Below are positions 55,250-64,000 of a stretch of DNA of 64,000 nucleotides, piece by piece (positions within the stretch are counted from its first letter, which is position 1; every line of letters begins with the position of its first letter). The DNA comes from Candidatus Gottesmanbacteria bacterium (GTDB lineage: Bacteria; Patescibacteriota; Microgenomatia; UBA10105; UBA927). Made by a program: the position numbers and the translations under genes. Location of the stretch: positions 235,282 through 299,281 of the forward strand of contig JAHFKK010000001.1 in NCBI GenBank assembly GCA_023245335.1. Reading direction: 5' to 3'. Under the pieces are notes generated by a model. That model saw only the letters and a list, made by a program, of their open reading frames with translations, searched no databases and was not told where the DNA came from.

Positions 55250-56928
55250 AGACTCATCACCATACCAACGACTTCGATCGTAGTATAGCTGAAATTGAGA
55301 TGAACGGAATGTAATCCATTTGGTATCGAAAGAACGATTCGTCCGTATCGGTCATGCCCAACCGGCAGGGAATTGCCATCGAGGGTTGCGCGCCAAGAGG
55401 GGTAGTATAGCGTGCTTATGGTGAGCGGGAGATTCCTGTTCGCTTGGATGGTCGCAGAGAGCGATTCTTGTTTGATAGATTGCGCGACGATAGTACCTGC
55501 GCCTTCGGGAACGATAAATTTTTTCGGTAAGACACCGTTCGTGAGATATGCGTGCTCTTCGTTCACGAGAAATCCTATGTCGGCAGTTTTCGGCAGGAAC
55601 TCCGCAGTACCCATGGTTTTGAGAGTCGGTACGGCGTATCCAAGCATTTGGGGCCGGGAAAAATATAATGCGGGGAACGGAAAAATCTCGAGATACGGAT
55701 GCGTAAACGGATATCCGAAAATGACGGCAAGTGCGATGATGCATACGCCCGCAATTATAGATTTCCGAAATAGGAAACCCGTGAGTAAACTGCCGCTAAA
55801 CGTCGCGAGAAATAGAAACCGATAGGGATACAACACATACTGGAGAGGTCGAAATGCATAGAATATGTCAGAAAGAGGATCGACAAAAAAGAGTGACAAT
55901 CCAAGAATGGCCCAAATGGCCCAACCGATTTGGCGTACAGTCTTTTTCGTTTTTGACAAGAGAAGCATAATTGCGCTCACTCCGAAGACGCCGATGATGG
56001 GAACGCCCGCAGTGAATTCCTTATATCCTATGTGTGCACCGAAAAGGACGGTGTACGACGTACGGATTTCCTGGACGAGAGGAATCATATAGTCCCTCCG
56101 TAGTGCAATTTCTTTCGTCAGAAGCGCCGGTATTTTTATCGTACCGGTCAACGTGACCGCGGGGAGGAGGAAAAATCCGGAAGTCATGACCACCGAAACC
56201 GCAATACGCACTAACATCCAGAATGCGTCACTGTCCCTTTTACTTAAAAGAAACGCGATCAGGAGTATGACGGGAGACATGATGAATGAGGAGATATTAT
56301 GCGTGAGGATAAAGAGCACCCAGCCAAAAACAGTGGCAGCATACCAGATATTTCTGATGCGACGGTTCGTGACCGGTGTGTGAAGAGTTTCATAGAGAAG
56401 GCGGAGGATAAGCGGCGCGAAGACAAATGCGAGCATTTCTCCCCACCCTTCATATGAATAGACCGTTATGAGATGGTATGGCGCAAACGTATAGACTATT
56501 GCAGCAACGACTCCGGCCCATCGTCCCCAGAGACGGGAAACAAGAAGATACATCGTAATAGCAGAGAGGAGGATGGTGACCGCCGCATAAATTTGTGACG
56601 AGGTTTGTATGGAAAATCCCAACCGATATATGGCGTCCACGAGATAATACGGGACTGAATAGTTGAAGATATAAAGCGGCGCCCCGTATCCCAATACGGC
56701 GTCGCCGATCCATCGGGGTCGGATAATGCCTTCCGTGAGCGCCTTGTCGAAATTGACGAGCCGGTATTTATGGGCAAGTCCGTCCGCCGTACCGACGAGG
56801 TAGGGAGTAAATATCGGACGGACCGCAAGAAACAGAAGGAGAAACGCAGAAAGAAGTATGAGTATGGGGCAAAACCATTTTCTCACGGACTCAAAATATG
56901 ATAGGCTCTCGGTGTATAGGGACTTCAT
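55210..56928 (-). CDS. GT-C membrane protein (PTPS-related/YfhO-like)
   Basis: DG..H..R, PRW....GYGAPLY.FNY, YPYRFL, YYPSWRA.LDG; paralog of 8328..10007. Confidence 0.82.
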   Translation of the reverse strand: MKSLYTESLSYFESVRKWFCPILILLSAFLLLFLAVRPIFTPYLVGTADGLAHKYRLVNFDKALTEGIIRPRWIGDAVLGYGAPLYIFNYSVPYYLVDAIYRLGFSIQTSSQIYAAVTILLSAITMYLLVSRLWGRWAGVVAAIVYTFAPYHLITVYSYEGWGEMLAFVFAPLILRLLYETLHTPVTNRRIRNIWYAATVFGWVLFILTHNISSFIMSPVILLIAFLLSKRDSDAFWMLVRIAVSVVMTSGFFLLPAVTLTGTIKIPALLTKEIALRRDYMIPLVQEIRTSYTVLFGAHIGYKEFTAGVPIIGVFGVSAIMLLLSKTKKTVRQIGWAIWAILGLSLFFVDPLSDIFYAFRPLQYVLYPYRFLFLATFSGSLLTGFLFRKSIIAGVCIIALAVIFGYPFTHPYLEIFPFPALYFSRPQMLGYAVPTLKTMGTAEFLPKTADIGFLVNEEHAYLTNGVLPKKFIVPEGAGTIVAQSIKQESLSATIQANRNLPLTISTLYYPSWRATLDGNSLPVGHDRYGRIVLSIPNGLHSVHLNFSYTTIEVVGMVMSLCGTGLFVASLFL

Positions 56929-56933
56929 TCTTC

Positions 56934-58553
56934 ATGAACTATATCGCGTCACTGGTTCGTCGTCTACGGCCCGATCGTATCATATATGTCTTCGGGTGTT
57001 TGGTTGTGTTGGTGAGTGCGTTCGGTCCGCTTGTTTATCTCTCTCTGCACGCGCCAGCCGGCACGCAGTACCGGTTTGCAGACGGATTTTTTTCTGACTA
57101 CTACCATTACCTCATGAAGATAAAAAGCGGCATGATGGGCCACGTGGGTTACTATAACCGGTATACGGAGATTCCCCAGCCGGTTTCCTACGGTCATGCA
57201 TTGTTTGCGATTATGGGGTATGTGAGTGGTGGAGTCGGATTATATCGGGCGGACATCGTATATCTTATTTCCCGAGTCGCGACACTGCTTTTTCTTTTCA
57301 CCGTCGTGTATCGCGTGACCACAAAGTTCTTCCACTTAGCGCTCTACCGTATCGCCGTATTTTTCTTATTCTTTACTGGCACGAGCGGGTACACGATTGT
57401 TCATGCCACAACGGGATTGAGGGCAGTCGAACCCATTACGTTTTCCGGTTTCTACAATGCCCTACAAAAGTTTCCCGCTCCGCCGCATCATTTATTGGCG
57501 TCGACACTCCTTCTTCTTATTGCCGGCGTGGTTCTGGGTGGGCAAAGGGGAGTGCGAAAATACATATATATCGCGGTTTCAGCATTCGTCATAGGTATGC
57601 TGCAGCCGTTTATCGGTATAGTCGGGGTATTATCTTTTGGATTTGTTTTCTGTTTCTATTTTATCTTTGACCGACAGAAGGCGCTTAAGGCGTTCATTCA
57701 GATTTCAGTTTTTGTATTAGCAAGCGCTCTTCCGATTTTGTATTATGCATATCTTTTCGGGCATGTCCTCCCATGGACGATTTGGGCGCAAACGACTTTC
57801 GGCTATAATTATCAGACGGATTTTTTGGGATACATTGTCGCAAACATCGTGTACGTGCCATTCGTACTCCTCCTCATACCGGTCATGAAAAAGCTGCCGC
57901 CTTTTTTCCTATTTCTCCTGGGTTGGGGCGCCGTCATACCCACCGCACTCTATCCGTTTGCCGCCCGCGGAACACTATTATCGTTGCCGCGACTTTTGCA
58001 GGTACAGCAATATATACCGCTTTCTTTACTCTCCGGATATGGGATATGGCAAGCGCTTCATCGGTATGGGCATCGCACGCAGCGATTCGTGACGGGAATA
58101 CTCGTTATCCTCATGGTCGGCTTTGCGGCATTGCCGTGGCAGACGACGATTGCTGACTCGTTTACCTGGAAGCAGCCGGGCTACTACAATGTGTTTATCC
58201 CGAATGATTTTATCGACGCAATGAATTATCTTGAATTGCATACGCAGAGTGAAAGCGTTGTTTTAACGGGAGAATATATGAGCGCGGTGATACCGGCGTT
58301 CACACACAACCGGGTTATACTAGGCCGGGGCGATGTCGTATCCGACTACGGCGCGAAACTCCGGGGCATGTATGCAGTGTTTGGTCCGAACCCCGAACCG
58401 ATATTTATAAAAAAATATCTTGATACGTATCGCATTTCGTATGTGATCTTCGGGACAGACACGCCATCATTTGATCCGCTGTATTCGAAATTTCCGTTTT
58501 TCCAACCCATATTCAGCAAAGGAAATGTGACGGTCGCAAAGGTGCTCCGGTGA
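56934..58553 (+). CDS. GT-C-like polytopic membrane protein
   Basis: DYYHYL..I..G..G, PHH, C-terminal soluble domain IPAFT.NRV. Confidence 0.72.
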   Translation: MNYIASLVRRLRPDRIIYVFGCLVVLVSAFGPLVYLSLHAPAGTQYRFADGFFSDYYHYLMKIKSGMMGHVGYYNRYTEIPQPVSYGHALFAIMGYVSGGVGLYRADIVYLISRVATLLFLFTVVYRVTTKFFHLALYRIAVFFLFFTGTSGYTIVHATTGLRAVEPITFSGFYNALQKFPAPPHHLLASTLLLLIAGVVLGGQRGVRKYIYIAVSAFVIGMLQPFIGIVGVLSFGFVFCFYFIFDRQKALKAFIQISVFVLASALPILYYAYLFGHVLPWTIWAQTTFGYNYQTDFLGYIVANIVYVPFVLLLIPVMKKLPPFFLFLLGWGAVIPTALYPFAARGTLLSLPRLLQVQQYIPLSLLSGYGIWQALHRYGHRTQRFVTGILVILMVGFAALPWQTTIADSFTWKQPGYYNVFIPNDFIDAMNYLELHTQSESVVLTGEYMSAVIPAFTHNRVILGRGDVVSDYGAKLRGMYAVFGPNPEPIFIKKYLDTYRISYVIFGTDTPSFDPLYSKFPFFQPIFSKGNVTVAKVLR

Positions 58554-58565
58554 TACAATCCTGAT

Positions 58566-59021
58566 ATGAGTAGTCATGTTTCATCATCAGAACGATTCAA
58601 GATGATCGTGTGTCCGTATCCTTTCATCGTCCGTCGCGGAAAGATTCTGCTTACCCGGCGCAAAAATACATCCTATATGGACGGGATGTATAGTTTGCCG
58701 GCAGGGCACGAAGAAACAGATGAGTCCCTGCTCACGTGTCTGGTCCGCGAAGCGAAAGAAGAAGTGGGGATTATAATTGATCCCAAGACTCCTGCACTTG
58801 TTCACGTCATGCACCGTAATGAAGAAGACGTACGGATGGATCTTTTCTACCTCGTTTCTGTCTGGAACGGGATGCCGAAAATCTGCGAACCCGATAAATG
58901 CGATTCCATGGGGTGGTATGCATACAGTAAACTTCCCCAAAATACGGTTCCCTACATCAGGGCTGCTATAGAGGCATGGCAAAAGGGGATCCTCTACGAG
59001 GAATGGGGATGGGAAGCTTAA
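58566..59021 (+). CDS. NUDIX hydrolase
   Basis: LPAGHEETDESLLTCLVREAKEEVG, EPDKC. Confidence 0.92.
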   Translation: MSSHVSSSERFKMIVCPYPFIVRRGKILLTRRKNTSYMDGMYSLPAGHEETDESLLTCLVREAKEEVGIIIDPKTPALVHVMHRNEEDVRMDLFYLVSVWNGMPKICEPDKCDSMGWYAYSKLPQNTVPYIRAAIEAWQKGILYEEWGWEA

Positions 59022-59431
59022 ATTCTTATCCGGTACCGTTTCGTATTCGTGCCGCCTGATTTGAGCGTAGATTGGATAAGGAGGGTTGCTGCCGATATAT
59101 TGTAGTGCGGCGTACAGACTCCCCGGCTGCAGGTACCGAAATAGAGATCCCGTGAGTCGGAGATTTCCCCGGTAGGACTAATTGATCCCATCGCGCCCTG
59201 TTCGACACCGTTTGCAGTATAGGAAAGCGTATAAGTCACCTTCGTGACACGGTCGAGATGGAGAAACGTCACAATGACGCTATGCGTCGGGCGGGAAAGT
59301 TTGGCGGAGGAATAGGTGATTCCGACTGCGCCGCCCGTACTCCTGACGCGCACACGAGCTGCCAATATGACGCCGGGAAGTGCGACGAGAAGTAGAGAGA
59401 GGATGAAAAGCGTGCCGATAATTTTTGTCAT
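59018..59431 (-). CDS. secreted hypothetical protein
   Basis: Signal peptide, FGTCS.GVC motif. Confidence 0.72.
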   Translation of the reverse strand: MTKIIGTLFILSLLLVALPGVILAARVRVRSTGGAVGITYSSAKLSRPTHSVIVTFLHLDRVTKVTYTLSYTANGVEQGAMGSISPTGEISDSRDLYFGTCSRGVCTPHYNISAATLLIQSTLKSGGTNTKRYRIRI

Positions 59432-59550
59432 ACGCTTTCCTATTATAGCAGTCTTTTTTGGGCGGAAAAGGCGTGCGTTGTTCACAATTTACCGGATGTC
59501 ATATACAATGCGAGTGACCACACGTATTGAATTTATTCGTTGCACGTCCT

Positions 59551-61188
59551 ATGAAGCGATGGCTGACGCCGATATTACTCCTTCTCATATTGTGCGTGGC
59601 GTTGTTTGTGCGGGTATATAAGCTCGATGATTTTCCCGTCGGCTTCCATAATGATGAGGTGTATGTCGCATATAACAGCTGGTCGCTTTTGGAAACCGGT
59701 AAAGATGCAAGCGGGCATTTTTTGCCGATTGTCATCAATCAATGGGGAGATTATCGACCGGCCGGATATCATTACTTCGCGGCATTAAGTTATCTTTTGT
59801 TTGGGTTATCCGATTGGGCGACGAGATTGCCGGGTGCGGTATTTGGTGCGATAAGCGTCATACTGCTTTGGCTGGTGGTCGATCTCTTGTGGGGAAGAAA
59901 GACCGCCTGGATTGCGGCGGTTATTTTGGCGATCCTACCATGGCACATCATGATAAGCAGGGCCACAAGTGAGAGTGTCATGTCGCTCTCATTTGTACTC
60001 GTTGGCGTGTATGGCGCCGCCCGGGTATATAAACGACACGCCGCGCCTCTTTGGTATATCACGACGTGTCTGGGGTTTGTTGCTAGCTTTTTGTCGTATC
60101 ACGCTGCACGATACGCCGTGCCCATATTTTTTGTCGGGTTGGCCGGATTGTTTTGGATATGGCGGCAAAAGCGACTCGCAATACTTACGTTTATTCTTAG
60201 TATTATCTTGGGCGTCTTTTCCATACTGCTTCTTTCGACAGGGGGTAATGCACGAGCATCTCAAATCAGCATTTTTTCGTTTCCCGAAACCAAACTGGTG
60301 CTCGATGAGTCCATCCGTGAAGATGGCGTTCAGAATGTCCTCTTTACCCGATTGTGGCATAACAAAGCGGTCGCATATTTCACGGTTGCGGTAGGAAACG
60401 GGTTACGGCATATGGGAAGCAACTTTTTGGCGTATGGAGAATTTCTCCCTGCACGATACGTGGCCGGGAGCGAGACCCTGCTGCCTCTCTGGATGTACGG
60501 GTTTTATCTTTTAGGATATGCCGTCATTATCGCGGGCGTATTTACGAAAAAACAAAAGGAATCCCTTGTGTTTCTGTGGGCCAGTGTCGTGGCGCTTATA
60601 CCCGCAGCGTTGACGGTTGAAGACATCCCGAATGTGCAGCGGGCGAGCATTTTTATCGTACTCGTCGTCATCGCTATTTCCATTGGCATCCATACACTTT
60701 TTGAAGCCCTCCGCGGCAACGCGCGGAAAATAGTTGTTGTCGTATTCATTATCGTCGCTGTATATTCCTCCGGACAGTTTTTTCATGAGTACTTTGTCCA
60801 TGGTTTTGTGCATCGCCCTTGGTACCGAAACAACGGCGAGAAGGATCTTGTACTTACGCTCAATAAGTACGCGAAGGCGGGTGAGCGCGCCGTCGTGACC
60901 GCATCTTCGGAGAATGATGAGATGTACTACGTGTGGTATCTACGGATTCCGCCGCATACAGCGCAAACAATTCCTCCGGGACAGCGGCTGCGGACGTTAT
61001 TCCCAACATTTACGTACCTTCCACGCGACTGCGTTTTTGATAAAAGTACGTGGGCGCCGCACACGATATACGTATCCACGGGAAGCTGTAAAGATATTCC
61101 CGGTACGACGATAGAAAAAAGAATCCTGAAGGAAGACGGATCGACTGCATTCACGATATTCCGTTCCGGCGCGACGTATCCGCGATAG
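59551..61188 (+). CDS. GT39-like (ArnT/PMT) GT-C glycosyltransferase
   Basis: P.GF..DE...YN..S..ETGKD, GDYRP, PWH...SR. Confidence 0.88.
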   Translation: MKRWLTPILLLLILCVALFVRVYKLDDFPVGFHNDEVYVAYNSWSLLETGKDASGHFLPIVINQWGDYRPAGYHYFAALSYLLFGLSDWATRLPGAVFGAISVILLWLVVDLLWGRKTAWIAAVILAILPWHIMISRATSESVMSLSFVLVGVYGAARVYKRHAAPLWYITTCLGFVASFLSYHAARYAVPIFFVGLAGLFWIWRQKRLAILTFILSIILGVFSILLLSTGGNARASQISIFSFPETKLVLDESIREDGVQNVLFTRLWHNKAVAYFTVAVGNGLRHMGSNFLAYGEFLPARYVAGSETLLPLWMYGFYLLGYAVIIAGVFTKKQKESLVFLWASVVALIPAALTVEDIPNVQRASIFIVLVVIAISIGIHTLFEALRGNARKIVVVVFIIVAVYSSGQFFHEYFVHGFVHRPWYRNNGEKDLVLTLNKYAKAGERAVVTASSENDEMYYVWYLRIPPHTAQTIPPGQRLRTLFPTFTYLPRDCVFDKSTWAPHTIYVSTGSCKDIPGTTIEKRILKEDGSTAFTIFRSGATYPR

Positions 61189-61231
61189 TACGGTGTACGA
61201 TAAAAGGCGGCGTCTTTGGTATACTAATCCT

Positions 61232-61864
61232 ATGAAGCGCGTCATGTTTGTCATCCTCGGTGGGTTATGTTTGGGTCTTTTGGGCGCAGGCAGTTATTTT
61301 TTGTTTTCCAAAAATAGTACAAACGTCGTAAGCCCGAAAGGCGCGGACGCCAACGTGACCCCGACGGCCGCACCAAAAATGCTTAGCTGGGATGATCCGG
61401 CAGGATTCACTGTTTCTTATCCCGAAGGGCTCATCATGAATAAGCACGATGAAGATGCCGTGAACTATGCGCATGTCGAGTTCACCTCCCCCGGCAAACC
61501 CGGAAGTATGATTATTTGGGTAAAGGATATTCCCCCCGGGGTGTCTGATACCGGCACGTGGGTAAAAAAAGATGCATCGCTTTCGGCGGGAAGCGCTTTG
61601 GATACGACGCTCGGCGGGCAAGCGGCACAAAAAATTCTCCTGGCCACATCGCCCAAAAAAGAAATCATAGGAAGTGTCTATGACAATGCACTGTTTTATA
61701 TCGAAGTCGCTTTGGATGACGGTGGATTTTGGCAGTCCACTACCGATAGCATGGTGCAGTCATTTGTCTTTAAGCCGATAAATACCCAAGCCGGCACGTC
61801 GGACGGCAACAGCGGATCTCCCGGCGACTCTTTAAGTGTCGATGAGGAAGAGGTATTGCAATAG
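61232..61864 (+). CDS. anchored PsbP-like protein
   Basis: N-terminal TM, DPAGF..SYP, TLGGQ.A, SF.F. Confidence 0.7.
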   Translation: MKRVMFVILGGLCLGLLGAGSYFLFSKNSTNVVSPKGADANVTPTAAPKMLSWDDPAGFTVSYPEGLIMNKHDEDAVNYAHVEFTSPGKPGSMIIWVKDIPPGVSDTGTWVKKDASLSAGSALDTTLGGQAAQKILLATSPKKEIIGSVYDNALFYIEVALDDGGFWQSTTDSMVQSFVFKPINTQAGTSDGNSGSPGDSLSVDEEEVLQ

Positions 61865-61929
61865 GATTTTGTAATTTACTTCACATTTAACTCCCGTTGG
61901 CGTATGGTAGAGAAAAGGGGGTGATGTAC

Positions 61930-62139
61930 ATGAAAGCAGTTCACATGGTGGCGTATGTTCTCTTGTGGATAGGCGGATTGAATTGGGGTCTCGTGGGCTT
62001 ATTGCACTACAATCTCGTGGAAGCACTCCTGGGAAGTTGGCCGATGGTCGTGAGTGTCGTGTATGTGTTGGTAGGACTTTCTGCAGTGTATCTTCTAGTG
62101 ACCCACAAGAGTTACTGTAAAATTTGCGGCGGGAAGTAA
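61930..62139 (+). CDS. DUF378 family small membrane protein
   Basis: IGGLNWGLVG...YVLVGLSAVY. Confidence 0.88.
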   Translation: MKAVHMVAYVLLWIGGLNWGLVGLLHYNLVEALLGSWPMVVSVVYVLVGLSAVYLLVTHKSYCKICGGK

Positions 62140-62316
62140 GTATAACGCTTGCTGTGACAAGCCGCGTAGGTTTGGAGAAATACCATGACGTATGGTATAC
62201 TCCATAGTGTCCTGGGAACAAAGCGTGACCGAGTGCGTTAGGGAGTCTTCTGTAATAGTCGTTCTCCTTAGGCGAGTAGGTACTCCTTCAAGACCTAAGG
62301 GGAAAGGAATTCCAAT

Positions 62317-62583
62317 ATGGCAATCAATTTGTTCGTGGGAAATCTTCCTTACAACATGACCAGTGACGACTTGGCGCAAACTTTTGCTCCGGCCGGAACT
62401 GTCGTATCGGCGAAAGTCATTTCCGACAAATATTCTGGCCGCTCACGCGGATTCGGATTCGTCGAAATGAGCTCTGATGAAGAGAGCAAGAAAGCGATCG
62501 AAATGTTTAACGGTAAAGACGTTAACGGCCGACCGCTCGTCGTCAATGAGGCACGTCCTCGTGAAGACCGACCGAGACAGTAA
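62317..62583 (+). CDS. RRM RNA-binding protein
   Basis: RNP2 LFVGNL, RNP1 RGFGFVEM, VNEARPRE. Confidence 0.96.
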   Translation: MAINLFVGNLPYNMTSDDLAQTFAPAGTVVSAKVISDKYSGRSRGFGFVEMSSDEESKKAIEMFNGKDVNGRPLVVNEARPREDRPRQ

Positions 62584-62591
62584 TCTTTTTC

Positions 62592-62665
62592 CATGAAGCC
62601 GCAAGGCTTCATGACATAGATACTTAGTCATAAAAACAAAAGCCCCGGCGCAAGTCGGGGTTTTT
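62592..62665 (+). terminator. hairpin plus intrinsic terminator after the RRM gene
   Basis: catgaagcc-gcaa-ggcttcatg, then aaaagccccg...cggggttttt. Confidence 0.75.
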
Positions 62666-62717
62666 GGTGGTGCCCGATTTGTCTTGTATGCGGCGGTTTG
62701 CTACCATATCGGACAGT

Positions 62718-63188
62718 ATGTTCCAGAGTCCGACGCATGGGGAAGTGACGCTCACTGATATCCGCACACACATACTCCAGTTTTTGGCGTCCGATGCGGC
62801 GTCAAAATATCAGATCGTGGTGGGAACTGATTCACAACCGCATAACGGATCGGGTGTTGATTTCGTGACTGCCATAGTCGTACACCGCCGCGGTCACGGA
62901 GGCATCTATTTTTGGAAACGGGTCGTGAACAAAAAGACCTACGTATTGCGGCAACGGATGTACGAGGAAGCCACGATGTCGCTCATGATGGCAGAAGAAG
63001 TCGTGGCGCTTCTTCATAAAGACGGTATTACCAAATATGATGTGGAAATCCACGTCGATATAGGTACATTCGGCAAGACGCGCGAAATGATTACAGAAAT
63101 TATCGGTATGATCCGGGGGAATGGATTTAGCGTCAAGGTGAAGCCGGATAGTTACGCGGCAAGTAAAGTCGCTGACCGATACACGTAA
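62718..63188 (+). CDS. RNase H-like YkuK/DUF458 family protein
   Basis: VGTDSQ, EIHVDIG, KP.SYAAS.VADR. Confidence 0.9.
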   Translation: MFQSPTHGEVTLTDIRTHILQFLASDAASKYQIVVGTDSQPHNGSGVDFVTAIVVHRRGHGGIYFWKRVVNKKTYVLRQRMYEEATMSLMMAEEVVALLHKDGITKYDVEIHVDIGTFGKTREMITEIIGMIRGNGFSVKVKPDSYAASKVADRYT

Positions 63189-63249
63189 ATAGAGAGCGCC
63201 ATAATCGTTTTTCATGTATTATTGGTTGAGAAGAAAGGTGGTGAATGAC

Positions 63250-63708
63250 ATGAATAAGTTATTGATCGGAATTGTCGTTATCATAATTGGCGGCGCAGTC
63301 GGCTGGTATTATTTCAAAGGAACCGGCCCGAAGCCAAATTTTACCGGTACATCGGCTGTGGCTGAAAGTACTCCGACGCCCGGCACTGGGAGTCAGGGGG
63401 ACATGACGGCAAGCGGCAGCACTGCGTTGCAAGGAAATACTGTCGTGACATACACCGATGCCGGGTTTAGTCCCAAATCCGTGGCGGTAAAAAGGGGAAC
63501 GACGGTGACGTTTAAAAACGAAAGCAGTGGCAACATGTGGGTGGCTTCCGGCGTTCATCCGACCCATAGGCTTCTTCCCGGTTTTGACGAATTGACGGGT
63601 GTCACGAAGGGTGGAACCTATGACTATGCGTTTGTAAAAGTGGGTACGTGGCAGTATCACAATCACCTGAAACCAACGGATTTGGCAATTGTCGTGGTAA
63701 CGGAATAA
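63250..63708 (+). CDS. anchored cupredoxin-fold protein
   Basis: GFSP..V.VK.G.TV.F.N, HPTH, F...G.W.YHNH. Confidence 0.82.
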   Translation: MNKLLIGIVVIIIGGAVGWYYFKGTGPKPNFTGTSAVAESTPTPGTGSQGDMTASGSTALQGNTVVTYTDAGFSPKSVAVKRGTTVTFKNESSGNMWVASGVHPTHRLLPGFDELTGVTKGGTYDYAFVKVGTWQYHNHLKPTDLAIVVVTE

Positions 63709-63724
63709 GCACGTGGAACAGAAT

Positions 63725-63760
63725 AAAACCCGCCGAATTCTTCGCGAAGGGCTGGGTTTT
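63725..63760. terminator. bidirectional terminator-like hairpin, possibly derived from the palindromic element
   Basis: aaaaccc-gccgaattcttcgcgaagggct-gggtttt between convergent genes. Confidence 0.6.
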
Positions 63761-64000
63761 AGTGGGGAGTCGGCGTCGGAGTGATCGTTGGCATTGGGAC
63801 ACAGTGACCACCCGGAGGTTCGGTGCCGCTTATGAAATATTCGACGCGGTTGTAGTAACAGGGAAGTGAGACGATCGTATCCGGTCTTGGCTCAGTTTCG
63901 TCGGGGCGGTCTTTCAGAAGTTCCACCATCATCTCGTGCCATATGGGTGCGGCTCCGGTAATACCGGACGTGAGATACGGATTCATCGGTGTATTGTCAT
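63759..64000 (-). CDS. C-terminus of a class A penicillin-binding protein (partial)
   Basis: The frame reads DNTPMNPYLTSGITGAAPIWHEMM, typical of the end of the PBP1A transpeptidase domain. Confidence 0.8.
   Translation of the reverse strand, partial: DNTPMNPYLTSGITGAAPIWHEMMVELLKDRPDETEPRPDTIVSLPCYYNRVEYFISGTEPPGGHCVPMPTITPTPTPH

Noticed and set aside
1-64000. CRISPR array or cas genes
   Set aside because: No regularly spaced direct repeats and no Cas motifs were seen

Overview
This is a gene-dense bacterial window in genetic code 11, with no rRNA, CRISPR array, integrase or transposase recognisable. Several features suggest a Patescibacteria/CPR genome, probably Microgenomates-like (inference, not a database result): many GT-C membrane glycosyltransferases, Pro/Thr-rich secreted proteins, a short RpoD and pervasive leaderless promoters. 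Core genes are dnaG-rpoD, typA, the 3' end of a class A PBP and five tRNAs (Arg-GCG, Ser-CGA, Arg-CCG, Ser-GGA, Asn-GTT). Accessory content includes seven GT-C-type proteins, a deoxy-amino-sugar operon, a NiCoT nickel permease between two paralogous NDT-like genes, nucleotide salvage enzymes, and an AT-rich island at tRNA-Ser(GGA) carrying a two-component system plus a MacAB-like transporter. The most notable observations are: (1) a family of short palindromic elements found in frame inside dnaG, inside a duplicated tRNA-Asn 5' end, and next to a GIY-YIG nuclease that abuts a tRNA 5' end; (2) a GT-C protein fused to MecA-N/PBP-dimerisation domains without a transpeptidase; (3) a self-contained CiaR-box-like regulon including an unannotated small membrane peptide; (4) two genes whose best-placed start codons are ATA and ACG. 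All protein calls come from motif recognition by eye.
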